Source of the DNA: Candidatus Eiseniibacteriota bacterium
GTDB lineage: Bacteria; Eisenbacteria; RBG-16-71-46
DNA length: 64,000 nucleotides
Reading direction: 5' to 3'
Assembly (NCBI GenBank): GCA_016178725.1
Contig: JACOSV010000026.1
Coordinates: forward strand, 21,965 to 85,964
The notes beneath the pieces are model-generated. The model was not told where the DNA came from. It ran no database searches and was given only the letters and a program-made list of their open reading frames with translations. A program made the translations under genes and the position numbers. Positions 35,881-45,445 of this stretch are shown here, piece after piece (positions within the stretch are counted from its first letter, which is position 1; every line of letters starts with the position of its first letter).

Positions 35881-36824
35881 GCGCCGTCATCCGCGTCGGC
35901 ACCCGCGCCAGCGCGCTCGCACGCTGGCAGACCGACCACGTGATCGCGCTGTGGCGCGCGGTCGAGCCGCAGCTGGCTGTCGCAGTCCTCGACCTGACGA
36001 CGGCCGGCGATGACATGGCCGATGCGCCGCTCGAAGCCATGGAGGGCACCGGCTTCTTCACCTCGACGCTCGAGCGGGCGCTGCTCGAGCGCCGGATCGA
36101 CGTCGCCGTGCACAGCTTCAAGGATCTCCAGGTCGACGTGACGCCGGGACTCGACGTGGCGGCCGTGCCGCCGCGCGGTGCGGTGGAGGATGCGCTCTGC
36201 GCCCGCGACGCCCGGACGTTCGCGCAGCTCGTTCCCGGGGCGCGCATCGGCACGTCGAGCCTCCGGCGCCGGGCACAGCTGTGCGCGATGCGCCCCGACC
36301 TCGACTACCGTCCGCTGCGCGGCAACGTGCCCACGCGGCTCGAGCGTGTCGCGCGCGGGGATCTCGATGCGGTCGTGCTCGCACGCGCCGGCCTCGAGCG
36401 GCTCGGCCTGGCGGAGCGCGCGACCGACGTCTTTCCGGCCGAACGCGTGCTGCCGGCGCCGGCGCAAGGGGCGCTGGCCGTCCAGGTGCGCGCCGACGAC
36501 ACGTCGCTCGCACGACGCCTCGCGCGGCTGGATCACGCGCCGACTCGTCGCGCGGTCACGGCCGAGCGCGAGGTGCTCCATCGGCTCCGCGGCGGCTGTT
36601 CGGTTCCGGTCGGCGCCTTCGCGCGCACCGCGGGTGAGACGCTGACGGTGATCGCCGGCGTGTTCGCGACCGACGGCACGCGTGCCGTGCGCGTCGAGCG
36701 CACCGGGACCGAGCCGCTCGCAGTCGCCGCGGAGACGGCGAGCGCGCTGCTGGAGCGCGGCGCGGGCGAGATCCTTGCCGCGCTCTCCCGGGGTGCGCGC
36801 ATCGCCGGAGGCGTGTCGCCATGA
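35877..36824 (+). CDS. hemC: Hydroxymethylbilane synthase (porphobilinogen deaminase).
   Basis: IRVGTRASALARWQT...; cofactor-binding Cys region RLRGGCSVPVGAFA. GTGA overlap with hemA. Confidence 0.9.
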   Translation: MSAVIRVGTRASALARWQTDHVIALWRAVEPQLAVAVLDLTTAGDDMADAPLEAMEGTGFFTSTLERALLERRIDVAVHSFKDLQVDVTPGLDVAAVPPRGAVEDALCARDARTFAQLVPGARIGTSSLRRRAQLCAMRPDLDYRPLRGNVPTRLERVARGDLDAVVLARAGLERLGLAERATDVFPAERVLPAPAQGALAVQVRADDTSLARRLARLDHAPTRRAVTAEREVLHRLRGGCSVPVGAFARTAGETLTVIAGVFATDGTRAVRVERTGTEPLAVAAETASALLERGAGEILAALSRGARIAGGVSP

Positions 36825-37621
36825 GCGATCATCCCCTGCGCGTCGCGGTCACCCGGGACGAAGGACTCCACGGTCCTCTGGCCGAGGCGCTGCGTCGCCG
36901 CGGGCTCGATCCCGTGTCCTGCCCCGTCTGCCGTACGGTTCCTGCGCCGGACCCCGAGCCGCTCCGGCGCGCGGCGCGGGAGATCGGGCGTTTTCACTGG
37001 ATGGTGGTGGCGAGCCCGCGCGCGCTGGCGGCGATCATGACCGCGCGTTCCGGCGCGCCGCTGCCCGTCTCGCTCCGCACTGCGGCCGTCGGTGCGAAGA
37101 CCGCGGCGATGCTGTCGCGGGCGGGGGCCCGTTCGCCGCTCGTCCCGCCGACGGCCGGCGCGGCGGCGCTGATCGAAACGCTGCATGGGGCCGACGAATG
37201 GGCGGAACGGGACGTGCTCATTCCGCGCGCCCTCGACGGCGGCCGCGATCTGGCCGCCTCGCTGCGCCGATCGGGCGCGCAGGTCGCCGAGGTCGTCGCT
37301 TACCGCACCGTCACGCGACCGGCCGCCGACATCGCCCGCGCGTGGCGCGCCGCGCGACCCGAGGCGGTCGTGGTGGCGAGCCCGTCGGCGGCGCGCGGGC
37401 TGGTTCGTGCGCTCGGCGTCGACGAGATGCGCCGGCTCGCGTGCGTGGCGGCGATCGGCGCCACCACCGCCACGCAGCTCGAGGCCCTGGGCGTGCCCGC
37501 CACGATGTCCGCGCGCGCGGACCTCGACGCGCTCGCCGATCTGCTGGCCTTAGGGCCGCACGCGCATGGCGCCGGCGCCAACGGCCGCGGCGCCCCGGCG
37601 AGCGGAAGGGCCGGGTCGTGA
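36821..37621 (+). CDS. hemD: Uroporphyrinogen-III synthase.
   Basis: Position between hemC and hemB, HemD-like size (266 aa) and composition; ATGA overlap with hemC. Confidence 0.7.
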   Translation: MSDHPLRVAVTRDEGLHGPLAEALRRRGLDPVSCPVCRTVPAPDPEPLRRAAREIGRFHWMVVASPRALAAIMTARSGAPLPVSLRTAAVGAKTAAMLSRAGARSPLVPPTAGAAALIETLHGADEWAERDVLIPRALDGGRDLAASLRRSGAQVAEVVAYRTVTRPAADIARAWRAARPEAVVVASPSAARGLVRALGVDEMRRLACVAAIGATTATQLEALGVPATMSARADLDALADLLALGPHAHGAGANGRGAPASGRAGS

Positions 37622-38619
37622 GCTACCCCGTCCATCGCGGTCGCCGGCTGCGGCGCAGCGAGGGGTTGCGCTCCGTGATGCGTGAGTCGCGGCTCACGGC
37701 CGATCAGCTCGTGGCGCCGCTCTTCGTGCACGACGACGGCTCGGCGCGGCAGCCGATCGCCTCCCTGCCGGGTCACGCGCGGCTGTCGCCCGAGCTCGCC
37801 GCGGACGAAGCCGCGTCGCTCGCCGCGCTCGGGATCGGCTCCGTCCTCCTGTTCGGCATCCCGAGGGCCAAGGACGCCGACGGTTCCGGCGCGTGGGCGG
37901 AGGACGGCCCGGTGCCGCGCGCGATCCGCGCCATCAAGCGGCGCGCTCCCGGCCTCGTGGTGTGGGCCGACGTCTGCCTGTGCGAGTACACCGATCACGG
38001 CCACTGCGGCGTGCTCTGCGACGGCGCGGTCGACAACGACGCATCCTTGCCGCTGTTGGCCCGCGCGGCCGTCACCTACGCGCACGCCGGCGCGGACGTC
38101 GTCGCGCCTTCGGACATGATGGACGGCCGTGTCGCCGCGATCCGCGTCGCGCTCGATCGCGCGGGCGCGTCCGAGACCGTGATCGTCTCGTACGCCGTGA
38201 AGTACGCCTCCGCCTTCTACGGACCGTTCCGCGAGGCGGCGGGCTCGACGCCGCGCGCCGGCGACCGGCGCGGCTACCAGATGGACCCGGGCAACGTGCG
38301 CGAGGCGTTGCGCGAGGCGCACGCCGACATCGAGGAGGGCGCCGACGCGCTGATCGTCAAGCCCGGCCTACCGTACCTCGACGTGCTGCGCGCGGTGCGC
38401 GGCGAGGTGCGCGTCCCGGTGGCCGCGTACCAGGTCTCGGGCGAGTACGCGATGCTGCACGCGGCCGCGGAGCGCGGCTGGCTCGACCTGGAGCGCTCGA
38501 TGTGGGAGACGACGCTCGGGCTGCGCCGGGCCGGCGCGGACCTCGTGATCAGTTACTTCGCCCGCCCGCTCGCCGAGCGCATGAGCGAAGGGCGCATGAT
38601 CGCCGAGGCCGGGCGATGA
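37618..38619 (+). CDS. hemB: Porphobilinogen synthase (delta-aminolevulinate dehydratase).
   Basis: RLR.S...R....ADLV.PLFV; Zn-site cysteines DVCLCEYTDHGHCG; active-site Lys region. GTG overlaps the hemD stop. Confidence 0.9.
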   Translation: MSYPVHRGRRLRRSEGLRSVMRESRLTADQLVAPLFVHDDGSARQPIASLPGHARLSPELAADEAASLAALGIGSVLLFGIPRAKDADGSGAWAEDGPVPRAIRAIKRRAPGLVVWADVCLCEYTDHGHCGVLCDGAVDNDASLPLLARAAVTYAHAGADVVAPSDMMDGRVAAIRVALDRAGASETVIVSYAVKYASAFYGPFREAAGSTPRAGDRRGYQMDPGNVREALREAHADIEEGADALIVKPGLPYLDVLRAVRGEVRVPVAAYQVSGEYAMLHAAAERGWLDLERSMWETTLGLRRAGADLVISYFARPLAERMSEGRMIAEAGR

Positions 38620-39923
38620 GCGTCGTGCGCGCCGACGCGGGCACCCTGCCCGACCTGTTCGCGCGCGCCGCGCGCGTGACCCCGGGCGGCGTCCACTCGC
38701 CGGTGCGCGCCTTCCGCTCGGTCGGCGCTGCGCCGCTCGCGATCGTCGAGGCACGTGGTGCGCGGTTACGCGACAGCGGCGGGCGCGAGTACGTGGACTG
38801 GATCGGCGCGTGGGGCCCGGCGCTGCTCGGCCACGCGCATCCGACGGTCATCGACGCGGTCGAGCGCGCCGCCCATCGTGGCCTGCTCTTCGGCCTCGTG
38901 TCGCCCGACGAAGCGAGGCTCGCCGAGCGCGTCACCGCGCGCGTCCCGTGCTGCGACATGGTGCGCTTCGTCGCCACCGGCACCGAAGCCGCGATCAGCG
39001 CGGTGCGGCTCGCCCGCGCCGCGACCGCGAGGCCCGGGATCCTCAAGTTCGACGGGTGCTATCACGGGCATGGCGATGCGTTCCTCATCCGCGCCGGATC
39101 GGGTGCCGCGACGATGGGCGTGCCCGACTCGCCCGGAGTCACCGAGGGCGCCGCGCGCGACACGTGGATCGCGCGCTACAACGACCTCGAGGACGTCGAT
39201 CGCGTCTTCGTCGCCGCCGCGGGCGCGATCGCCTGCGTCATCGTCGAGCCGGTCGCCGGCAACATGGGCTGCGTCCCTCCCGAACCGGGGTTCCTCTACG
39301 GCCTGCGCGAGCGTTGCGATCGCCACGGCGCGCTTCTCGTGCTCGACGAGGTGATCACCGGATTCCGGCTCGGTCCGGGAGGCGCGGCGCAGCGCTTCGG
39401 CATTCGGCCTGACCTCGTGACGATGGGCAAGGCGCTGGGCGGCGGCATGCCGCTCGCCGCCTACGGCGGGCGGGTCGACTTGATGCGGAAGATCGCGCCC
39501 GAAGGGCCGGTCTACCAGGCTGGCACGTATGCAGCACATCCGGTCTCGATCGCCGCGGCGCTCGCGGTGCTCGACGTCCTCGACGGCGACCCGGGCATCT
39601 GGGGGCGACTCGAGGCGGCGGGCGAGCGTCTCGAGGCCGGACTCACCCGGGCGGCGGTCGCGGCCGGCGTCCCGGCACGTGTCCAGCGCGTCGGCTCGAT
39701 GTGGACGTTCTTCTTCACGTCGGCGCCGGTGCGCTCGTGGGACGATGCCGGCGCCGTCGACCGCGCGCGCTACGCCGCCTTCTTTCGCGCCATGCTCGAG
39801 CGCGGCGTGCTGCTGCCGCCATCGCCGTTCGAGAGCGCGTTCCTCTCGATCGCCCACGGTGACGCGGAGATCTCCATCACGCTCGACGCAGCGCACGCGA
39901 GCCTCGCGGAGGTCGCACGGTGA
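38616..39923 (+). CDS. hemL: Glutamate-1-semialdehyde 2,1-aminomutase.
   Basis: GGVHSPVRAF, VDEVITGFRLG, TMGKALGGGMP (PLP-Lys). ATGA overlap with hemB. Confidence 0.9.
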   Translation: MSVVRADAGTLPDLFARAARVTPGGVHSPVRAFRSVGAAPLAIVEARGARLRDSGGREYVDWIGAWGPALLGHAHPTVIDAVERAAHRGLLFGLVSPDEARLAERVTARVPCCDMVRFVATGTEAAISAVRLARAATARPGILKFDGCYHGHGDAFLIRAGSGAATMGVPDSPGVTEGAARDTWIARYNDLEDVDRVFVAAAGAIACVIVEPVAGNMGCVPPEPGFLYGLRERCDRHGALLVLDEVITGFRLGPGGAAQRFGIRPDLVTMGKALGGGMPLAAYGGRVDLMRKIAPEGPVYQAGTYAAHPVSIAAALAVLDVLDGDPGIWGRLEAAGERLEAGLTRAAVAAGVPARVQRVGSMWTFFFTSAPVRSWDDAGAVDRARYAAFFRAMLERGVLLPPSPFESAFLSIAHGDAEISITLDAAHASLAEVAR

Positions 39924-40951
39924 ACGACCGCTTCTTGCGAGCCTGCCGGTGCGAGCCGGTCGACCGCACGCCGATCTGGATCATGCGACAGGCGGGCCGC
40001 TACCTGCCGGAATACCGTGAGCTGCGTGCGCGTGCCGACTTCCTGACGGTGTGCCGCACGCCCGACCTGGCGGTCGAGGCCAGCCTCCAGCCGCTGCGTC
40101 GCTTCGCGCTCGACGCGGCGATCGTGTTCTCGGACATCCTGCTCCCGCTCGGGGCGCTCGGCATCGAGATGACGTTCGATCCGGGCCCGCGCCTCGCGCG
40201 GCCGGTGCGCACGCGCGCGGACATCGAGGCGCTCGCGGGGCGGCCGGCGGCCGAAGTGCTGGGCTGCGTCGCCGAGACGGTCCGGATGCTGCGGCGCGAG
40301 CTCGACGGACGCACGCCGGTGATCGGGTTCTGCGGCGGGCCCTTCACCCTCGCCGCGTACATGACCCAGGGCGAGGGGCGCGACGGCTTCCCCGAGGTGC
40401 GCGCGTTGCGACACCGCGATCCCGAAGCATTTCGGCGGTTGCTCGACCGCCTCGCGTCGCTCGCCGCCGAGACGCTGGAGCTCCAGATCGCCGCCGGCGC
40501 GCAGGCCGTGCAGATCTTCGACTCGTGGGCGGGCGTGCTCGACGCGGCCGATTACCGCGCCTTCGCGCTGCCGGCCGTGCGGAAGGTGGTGCACGCGATC
40601 CGGCACGCTGGCGTGCCCGTCATCTATTTCGCGCCCGCTGCGGGACACCTGCTCGCGGACGCCGCGACCTGCGGCGCCGACGTTCAGGGTGTCTGCTGGC
40701 GGACGCCGATCTCGGAGGCGCGGCGCCGGACGGGAGGCGCGGTCGCGATCCAGGGCAACCTCGACCCTGCCGCCCTGCTCGCGGGGCCCGATGCCGTGCG
40801 CGCCGCCGCCCGCGCCGTGCTCGACGACGCCGGCGACGCTCCGGGCCACGTCATGAACCTCGGCCACGGCATTCTGCCCGGCACGCCGATCGCGTCGGTG
40901 GAAGCGCTGGTCGAGGCGATGGCCGGATCGGCCGCGCGAAGGGCGTCGTGA
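39920..40951 (+). CDS. hemE: Uroporphyrinogen decarboxylase.
   Basis: PIWIMRQAGRYLPEY signature. GTGA overlap with hemL. Confidence 0.9.
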   Translation: MNDRFLRACRCEPVDRTPIWIMRQAGRYLPEYRELRARADFLTVCRTPDLAVEASLQPLRRFALDAAIVFSDILLPLGALGIEMTFDPGPRLARPVRTRADIEALAGRPAAEVLGCVAETVRMLRRELDGRTPVIGFCGGPFTLAAYMTQGEGRDGFPEVRALRHRDPEAFRRLLDRLASLAAETLELQIAAGAQAVQIFDSWAGVLDAADYRAFALPAVRKVVHAIRHAGVPVIYFAPAAGHLLADAATCGADVQGVCWRTPISEARRRTGGAVAIQGNLDPAALLAGPDAVRAAARAVLDDAGDAPGHVMNLGHGILPGTPIASVEALVEAMAGSAARRAS

Positions 40952-42387
40952 ATCCGGAGGGCGCACCGAATGGATCGCGCGTCGGCGTGACCGCGGACGG
41001 CGGACCCGGCACGGCCGAACTGCTGCGTCGCTACGACCGGCCCGCGCCACGCTACACGTCGTATCCGACCGCGCTCGAGTTCCATCCCGGATTCACGGAG
41101 AACGACTATCGCGAGCGCCTCGCCGCGGCCGACCGGCAGACCGGTGCGCCGCTGTCGGTCTACGCACACCTTCCGTTCTGCGAGGAGCGGTGCCTGTTCT
41201 GCGGGTGCAACGTCGTCATCACGCGGCACCGCGACGTCGCCGCCGAGTATCTGGACCACGTCCTGCGCGAGGTCGATCTCCTGGCGCGCCAGCTGCCGCA
41301 TCGTCGCCGAGTCTCGCAGATGCATTGGGGCGGCGGCACGCCCACCTACTATCCGGCGGCCGACCTCGAACGCCTGTTCCACGCCTTCGCCGAGCGGTTC
41401 CAGTTCACTACGGACGCCGAGATCGGCATCGAGGTCGATCCGCGCGTGACGAGCGGCGACCAGATCGCCGTGCTCCGCCGGCTCGGGTTCAACCGGATTT
41501 CGATGGGCGTCCAGGACTTCGCCGCCGACGTGCAGCAAGCGGTGCACCGCGTGCAGAGCTACGAGCTGACCCGCTCACTGATCCAGCGGTCGCGCGAGGA
41601 AGGCTTCGATTCGATCAACATCGACCTGATCTACGGCCTTCCGTATCAGACGATCGACGGTTTCACGCGCACGCTCGAGCAGGTGATCACGCTCCGTCCC
41701 GAGCGGGTCGCCGTCTACTCGTTCGCGTACGTGCCGTGGATCAAGGCCCACATGAAGGGCATTCCGACCGAGGCGCTTCCCGACGGCGCGCTCAAGCTGC
41801 AGCTGCTGGCCCGCTCGATCGAGGCGTTCGTGGCGGCCGGCTATCGCGCGATCGGGATGGACCACTTCGCGCTGCCGGACGACGAGCTGGCTCGCGCCGT
41901 CGCAGCGCGCACGCTCCACCGCAATTTCATGGGCTACACGGTGCAGACCGCGCGCGACATGGTGGGCGTGGGGATCTCGGCGATCGGCGACATCCAGGGC
42001 GCGTACGTCCAGAACGTCAAGAAGTTGCCCGACTACTACGGCGCGATCCGTGAAGGCCGCTTCGCGGTCGAGCGCGGGCTGGCGCTGACCGACGACGATC
42101 GCGCGCGGCGCCACGTGATCACGACGCTCATGTGCAACGGGCACCTCGACGTGCGGGAGGTCGAGCGGCGGTTCGACCTCCGATTCGCCGAGACCTTCGC
42201 CCGTGAGCTGGACGAGCTGCGCGGTCCCGACTCGCCCGTGGCACACGGCCTCCTCACGGTGACCGACGACGCGCTCGAGCTGACGCCGCTCGGGCGGCTG
42301 TTCGTGCGCAACGTCTGTATGGTCTTCGATCGCTACCTCCGCGCCCGCACGGCGCAGGAGAAGCCCGTGTTCAGCCGCGCGGTCTAG
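40948..42387 (+). CDS. hemN: Oxygen-independent coproporphyrinogen-III oxidase (radical SAM).
   Basis: RYTSYPTA; radical-SAM CEERCLFCGC (CxxxCxxC); HemN C-terminal region. GTG overlaps the hemE stop. Confidence 0.85.
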   Translation: MNPEGAPNGSRVGVTADGGPGTAELLRRYDRPAPRYTSYPTALEFHPGFTENDYRERLAAADRQTGAPLSVYAHLPFCEERCLFCGCNVVITRHRDVAAEYLDHVLREVDLLARQLPHRRRVSQMHWGGGTPTYYPAADLERLFHAFAERFQFTTDAEIGIEVDPRVTSGDQIAVLRRLGFNRISMGVQDFAADVQQAVHRVQSYELTRSLIQRSREEGFDSINIDLIYGLPYQTIDGFTRTLEQVITLRPERVAVYSFAYVPWIKAHMKGIPTEALPDGALKLQLLARSIEAFVAAGYRAIGMDHFALPDDELARAVAARTLHRNFMGYTVQTARDMVGVGISAIGDIQGAYVQNVKKLPDYYGAIREGRFAVERGLALTDDDRARRHVITTLMCNGHLDVREVERRFDLRFAETFARELDELRGPDSPVAHGLLTVTDDALELTPLGRLFVRNVCMVFDRYLRARTAQEKPVFSRAV

Positions 42388-42389
42388 CC

Positions 42390-43790
42390 ATGCGCGTCGT
42401 CGTCATCGGCGCCGGCATCGCCGGCCTCACGATCGCGCTTCGCGTCGCGCAGCGCGGCGCGGCGGTGACCGTGCTCGAGGCGGGCGAGACCGCCGGGGGC
42501 CACGTGCAGACGCTCCGCGAGGACGGCTTCATCGTCGAGGCCGGCCCCAACGGGTATCTGGAGAGCGCCGATGCGCCGGAACCGGGCCGGCTCGTGGGCG
42601 ACCTGGGTCTGCTCGCGGCGGTGATCGAGGCGCGGCCCGCGGCTCGCCGCCGCCATGTCGTCCGCGGTGGGCGCCTGCGGAGGGTTCCCGATTCGCCCGG
42701 CGGCCTGCTCGGATCCGACGCCCTGGGCCTGGGAGGCAAGCTGCGCCTGCTCGCGGAACCGTTCGTGCCTCCGGCGCCGGCGGGGCGCGAAGAGAGCGTC
42801 CACGCGTTCGCACGGCGGCGCGTCGGGCGCGAGGCGGCCGACGTGCTGGTCGATACCGCGGTCATGGGCATCTCCGCCGGCGACAGCCGCGAGTTGTCCA
42901 TGAACGCGGCGTTCCCGCAGGTGACCGAGATGGAGCATCGGCACGGCAGCCTCTTCCGCGCCATGATGGCCCGGCGCGCGCGGAGGCCACGGCTCGTGAG
43001 CTTCGCCGGCGGCATGCGAACGATGATCGACGCGCTGGTCGCGCGCCTCGGGCCCGATCTGCGCTTGCGTACGCGCGCGCTCGGGCTCGAGCGCGGTGAA
43101 GACGGATGGCGCATCGCGCTCGACGGGGGCGAGGTCGTGACCGCCGACCGCGTCGTGCTGGCGGCGCAGGCCGCGCACGCGGCGGGCCTCGTGCGCGTAC
43201 TCGATCGCGAGCTGGCGGAGGGGCTCGGCGCGTTTCCGTTCGCCGGACTCGCGGTGGTGGCGATGGCGTTCCCGGCCGCCGCCGTGCCTCGCGCGCTCGA
43301 CGGCTACGGCTACCTGGTCGCGCGCAGCGAGGGCCTCGACACGCTGGGCGTCGTCTGGGATTCCTCGCTGTTCGCGGGCCGCGCGCCGGAGGGCCGGGTG
43401 CTGCTGCGCGCGATGATGGGCGGCGCGCGGCGACCCGAGGTCGCGGCACTGGAGCCCGACGATCTGGTCCGGCGGGCTCGCGCCGATCTGGCGACCGTGC
43501 TGGGCGTCCACTCCGCGCCCGCTCGCGTCTGGGCGTGGCGGCGGCCGGCGGCCATCGCGCAGTACACGTTCGGCCACATCGAACGCGTCGCCCGCGCCCG
43601 CGCGCTGGCCGCGCGATACCCGGGCCTCGAACTGTGCGGCACGTCGTACGACGGTGTTTCCTTCGGCGCCGGCGTCGCGTCGGCCGAGGCGATCGCGGCC
43701 CGAGTGCTCGGATCGCCGGACGCTCCGCGCGCGGCCACGCCGCCGCCGGGGGCGGAGTCCGCGCGCGCCGAGGTCGTGAGGATCGCGTGA
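42390..43790 (+). CDS. hemY: Protoporphyrinogen oxidase (HemY-type FAD amine oxidase).
   Basis: FAD dinucleotide fold VVVIGAGIAGLTIA...VLEAGETAGGHV; HemY-like length (466 aa). Confidence 0.75.
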   Translation: MRVVVIGAGIAGLTIALRVAQRGAAVTVLEAGETAGGHVQTLREDGFIVEAGPNGYLESADAPEPGRLVGDLGLLAAVIEARPAARRRHVVRGGRLRRVPDSPGGLLGSDALGLGGKLRLLAEPFVPPAPAGREESVHAFARRRVGREAADVLVDTAVMGISAGDSRELSMNAAFPQVTEMEHRHGSLFRAMMARRARRPRLVSFAGGMRTMIDALVARLGPDLRLRTRALGLERGEDGWRIALDGGEVVTADRVVLAAQAAHAAGLVRVLDRELAEGLGAFPFAGLAVVAMAFPAAAVPRALDGYGYLVARSEGLDTLGVVWDSSLFAGRAPEGRVLLRAMMGGARRPEVAALEPDDLVRRARADLATVLGVHSAPARVWAWRRPAAIAQYTFGHIERVARARALAARYPGLELCGTSYDGVSFGAGVASAEAIAARVLGSPDAPRAATPPPGAESARAEVVRIA

Positions 43791-44779
43791 GCCGGCGCCA
43801 CGTCGTCCTCGTCACCTACGGCGAGCCGCCGACCGCATCGTTCGGCGCGCAGCTCCGCTATTCGTGGCGTATCCTGCTCGGGCTCACGCGCTCGGTCGCG
43901 CCGATTCCGATTCCGCTGCTGCCGTGGATCGCGTTCTCGCGCGCCCGCTTCCGCACGCGACTCTGGACCACGGAACGCTACGGCTCGCCGCTCGAGCCCA
44001 TCACGCGCGATCAGGCCGCGGGCCTCGTGCTCGCGCTCGCCTCCGTCGCCCCGGGCACCGACTGGCGCGTCCACGTCGCCTACGAGTTCCGCGATCCGAC
44101 GCTGCTGGCTACGGTTTGCTTGCTGCCCGACGACGAGCCCGTGGACGTGATGCCCGCCTACGTCGCCGACTCCGCCTTCACCCACGAGATCGCGCGCAGC
44201 ACGCTTGCCCGCTGGCCGGGCGGTCGCGCCCGCCGCGCGCCGCTGCGCGTGCTGCCGCCGCTGGACGAGGAGATCCTTGCCGATCTATGCGCCCGCCACG
44301 TGATCACCGAGGCGGCCCGGCGGAATGCGGTCGGCCCGGAATGGGGGGTCGTGCTCGCCGCACACGGGACGCTGCTCGAACCCCGGCGGCCGATCGAAAC
44401 CGGGCGGGTCGCCACGGAGCGGATCGCCGCGCGCATCGCCGCGCATCTCACGGGTCACTTTGGCGCCGTGAGGCTCGGCTGGCTGAACCACGTCTACGGA
44501 GGACGCTGGACCGGGCCGCCGGTCGAGGTCGCGCTACGCCGGATGGTCGAGGCAGGGTTTCGACGGCTGGTCTACTTCCCATTCGGGTTCTCCGCCGACA
44601 ACGCAGAGAGCGAGCTCGAAGGGCGGATCGCACTCCGGGCGGCCCCCGAGCTCGAGTCGATCCACCTGCCGTGCCTCAACGCCGCGCCGGAGTACCTCGA
44701 GGCGCTCGCGCGTCAGTTGGCGTGCGCCATCCCCGCGCATGGAATCTCCTCCGTCGACAGCTTTGCGGGGCGGGGCTAG
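43787..44779 (+). CDS. hemH: Ferrochelatase-family protein (divergent HemH/CpfC-like).
   Basis: VVLVTYGEP (LVN.GTP-like), VVLAAHGTLLEP (fSAHslP-like His region). Terminal gene of the hem operon. GTGA overlap with hemY. Confidence 0.6.
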   Translation: MSRRHVVLVTYGEPPTASFGAQLRYSWRILLGLTRSVAPIPIPLLPWIAFSRARFRTRLWTTERYGSPLEPITRDQAAGLVLALASVAPGTDWRVHVAYEFRDPTLLATVCLLPDDEPVDVMPAYVADSAFTHEIARSTLARWPGGRARRAPLRVLPPLDEEILADLCARHVITEAARRNAVGPEWGVVLAAHGTLLEPRRPIETGRVATERIAARIAAHLTGHFGAVRLGWLNHVYGGRWTGPPVEVALRRMVEAGFRRLVYFPFGFSADNAESELEGRIALRAAPELESIHLPCLNAAPEYLEALARQLACAIPAHGISSVDSFAGRG

Positions 44780-44874
44780 GCTACGACCCATTGCGCCGCG
44801 CCAGGGACGACACTCCGGGACGGACCCCGACCACCATCGAGCGCGCGTGGACTCAACGCGCCAAGGAGTCCCAC

Positions 44875-45384
44875 ATGACCCAGAACACCGCGACCGAGAA
44901 GGACATGTTCCTGCAGACCTTCGAGCGTGAGTGCCAGACCACGCTCAAGATTCTGCGCGCGTTCCCCGCCGACAAGGCCGGGTTCCGACCCGCCGAGAAG
45001 TCCCGCACCGCCGCCGAGGTCGCGGGCACGTTCGTGCTCGAGCAGGGGCTCGCGGGCAAGGCGCTGGCCGGCACGCTCGACTGGTCGAAGATGGGACCGA
45101 TGCCGAAGCTCGAGGGCACGCTGCCCGAGATCATCACCATGTTCGACAAGTCGTCGAAGGAGACGGCCGCCGCAGTCGCCAGGTCGAGCGAGGACGATCT
45201 CAACAAGGGCGCCCAGTTCCCGGTCGGCCCCGGGAAACTCGGCGACTTCCGCCGCATGGACATCCTGTGGATGACGCTGATGGATCAGGTCCATCACCGC
45301 GGCCAGCTGTCGGTCTATCTCCGGATCGTCGGGGCCAAGGTGCCCTCGATCTACGGCCCGTCGGGCGACGAGCCCTGGATGTAG
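44875..45384 (+). CDS. DinB/YfiT-like (DinB_2) four-helix-bundle protein.
   Basis: AAGGAG then ATG. HHRGQLSVYLR-type His motif near the C-terminus. Confidence 0.6.
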   Translation: MTQNTATEKDMFLQTFERECQTTLKILRAFPADKAGFRPAEKSRTAAEVAGTFVLEQGLAGKALAGTLDWSKMGPMPKLEGTLPEIITMFDKSSKETAAAVARSSEDDLNKGAQFPVGPGKLGDFRRMDILWMTLMDQVHHRGQLSVYLRIVGAKVPSIYGPSGDEPWM

Positions 45385-45406
45385 ATCGCGCCGCGGCGCG
45401 ATGCGA

Positions 45407-45445
45407 TCGAGGCCCGGGCGCTCTGCCCGGGCCTCGTCGTTTTCA
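45407..45445. terminator. Bidirectional intrinsic terminator between the DinB-like gene and the convergent AtuA-like gene.
   Basis: GAGGCCCGGGC-gctct-GCCCGGGCCTC is a perfect 11-bp stem followed by GTCGTTTTCAG. The 12-nt palindrome GCGCCGCGGCGC sits just upstream. Confidence 0.65.
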
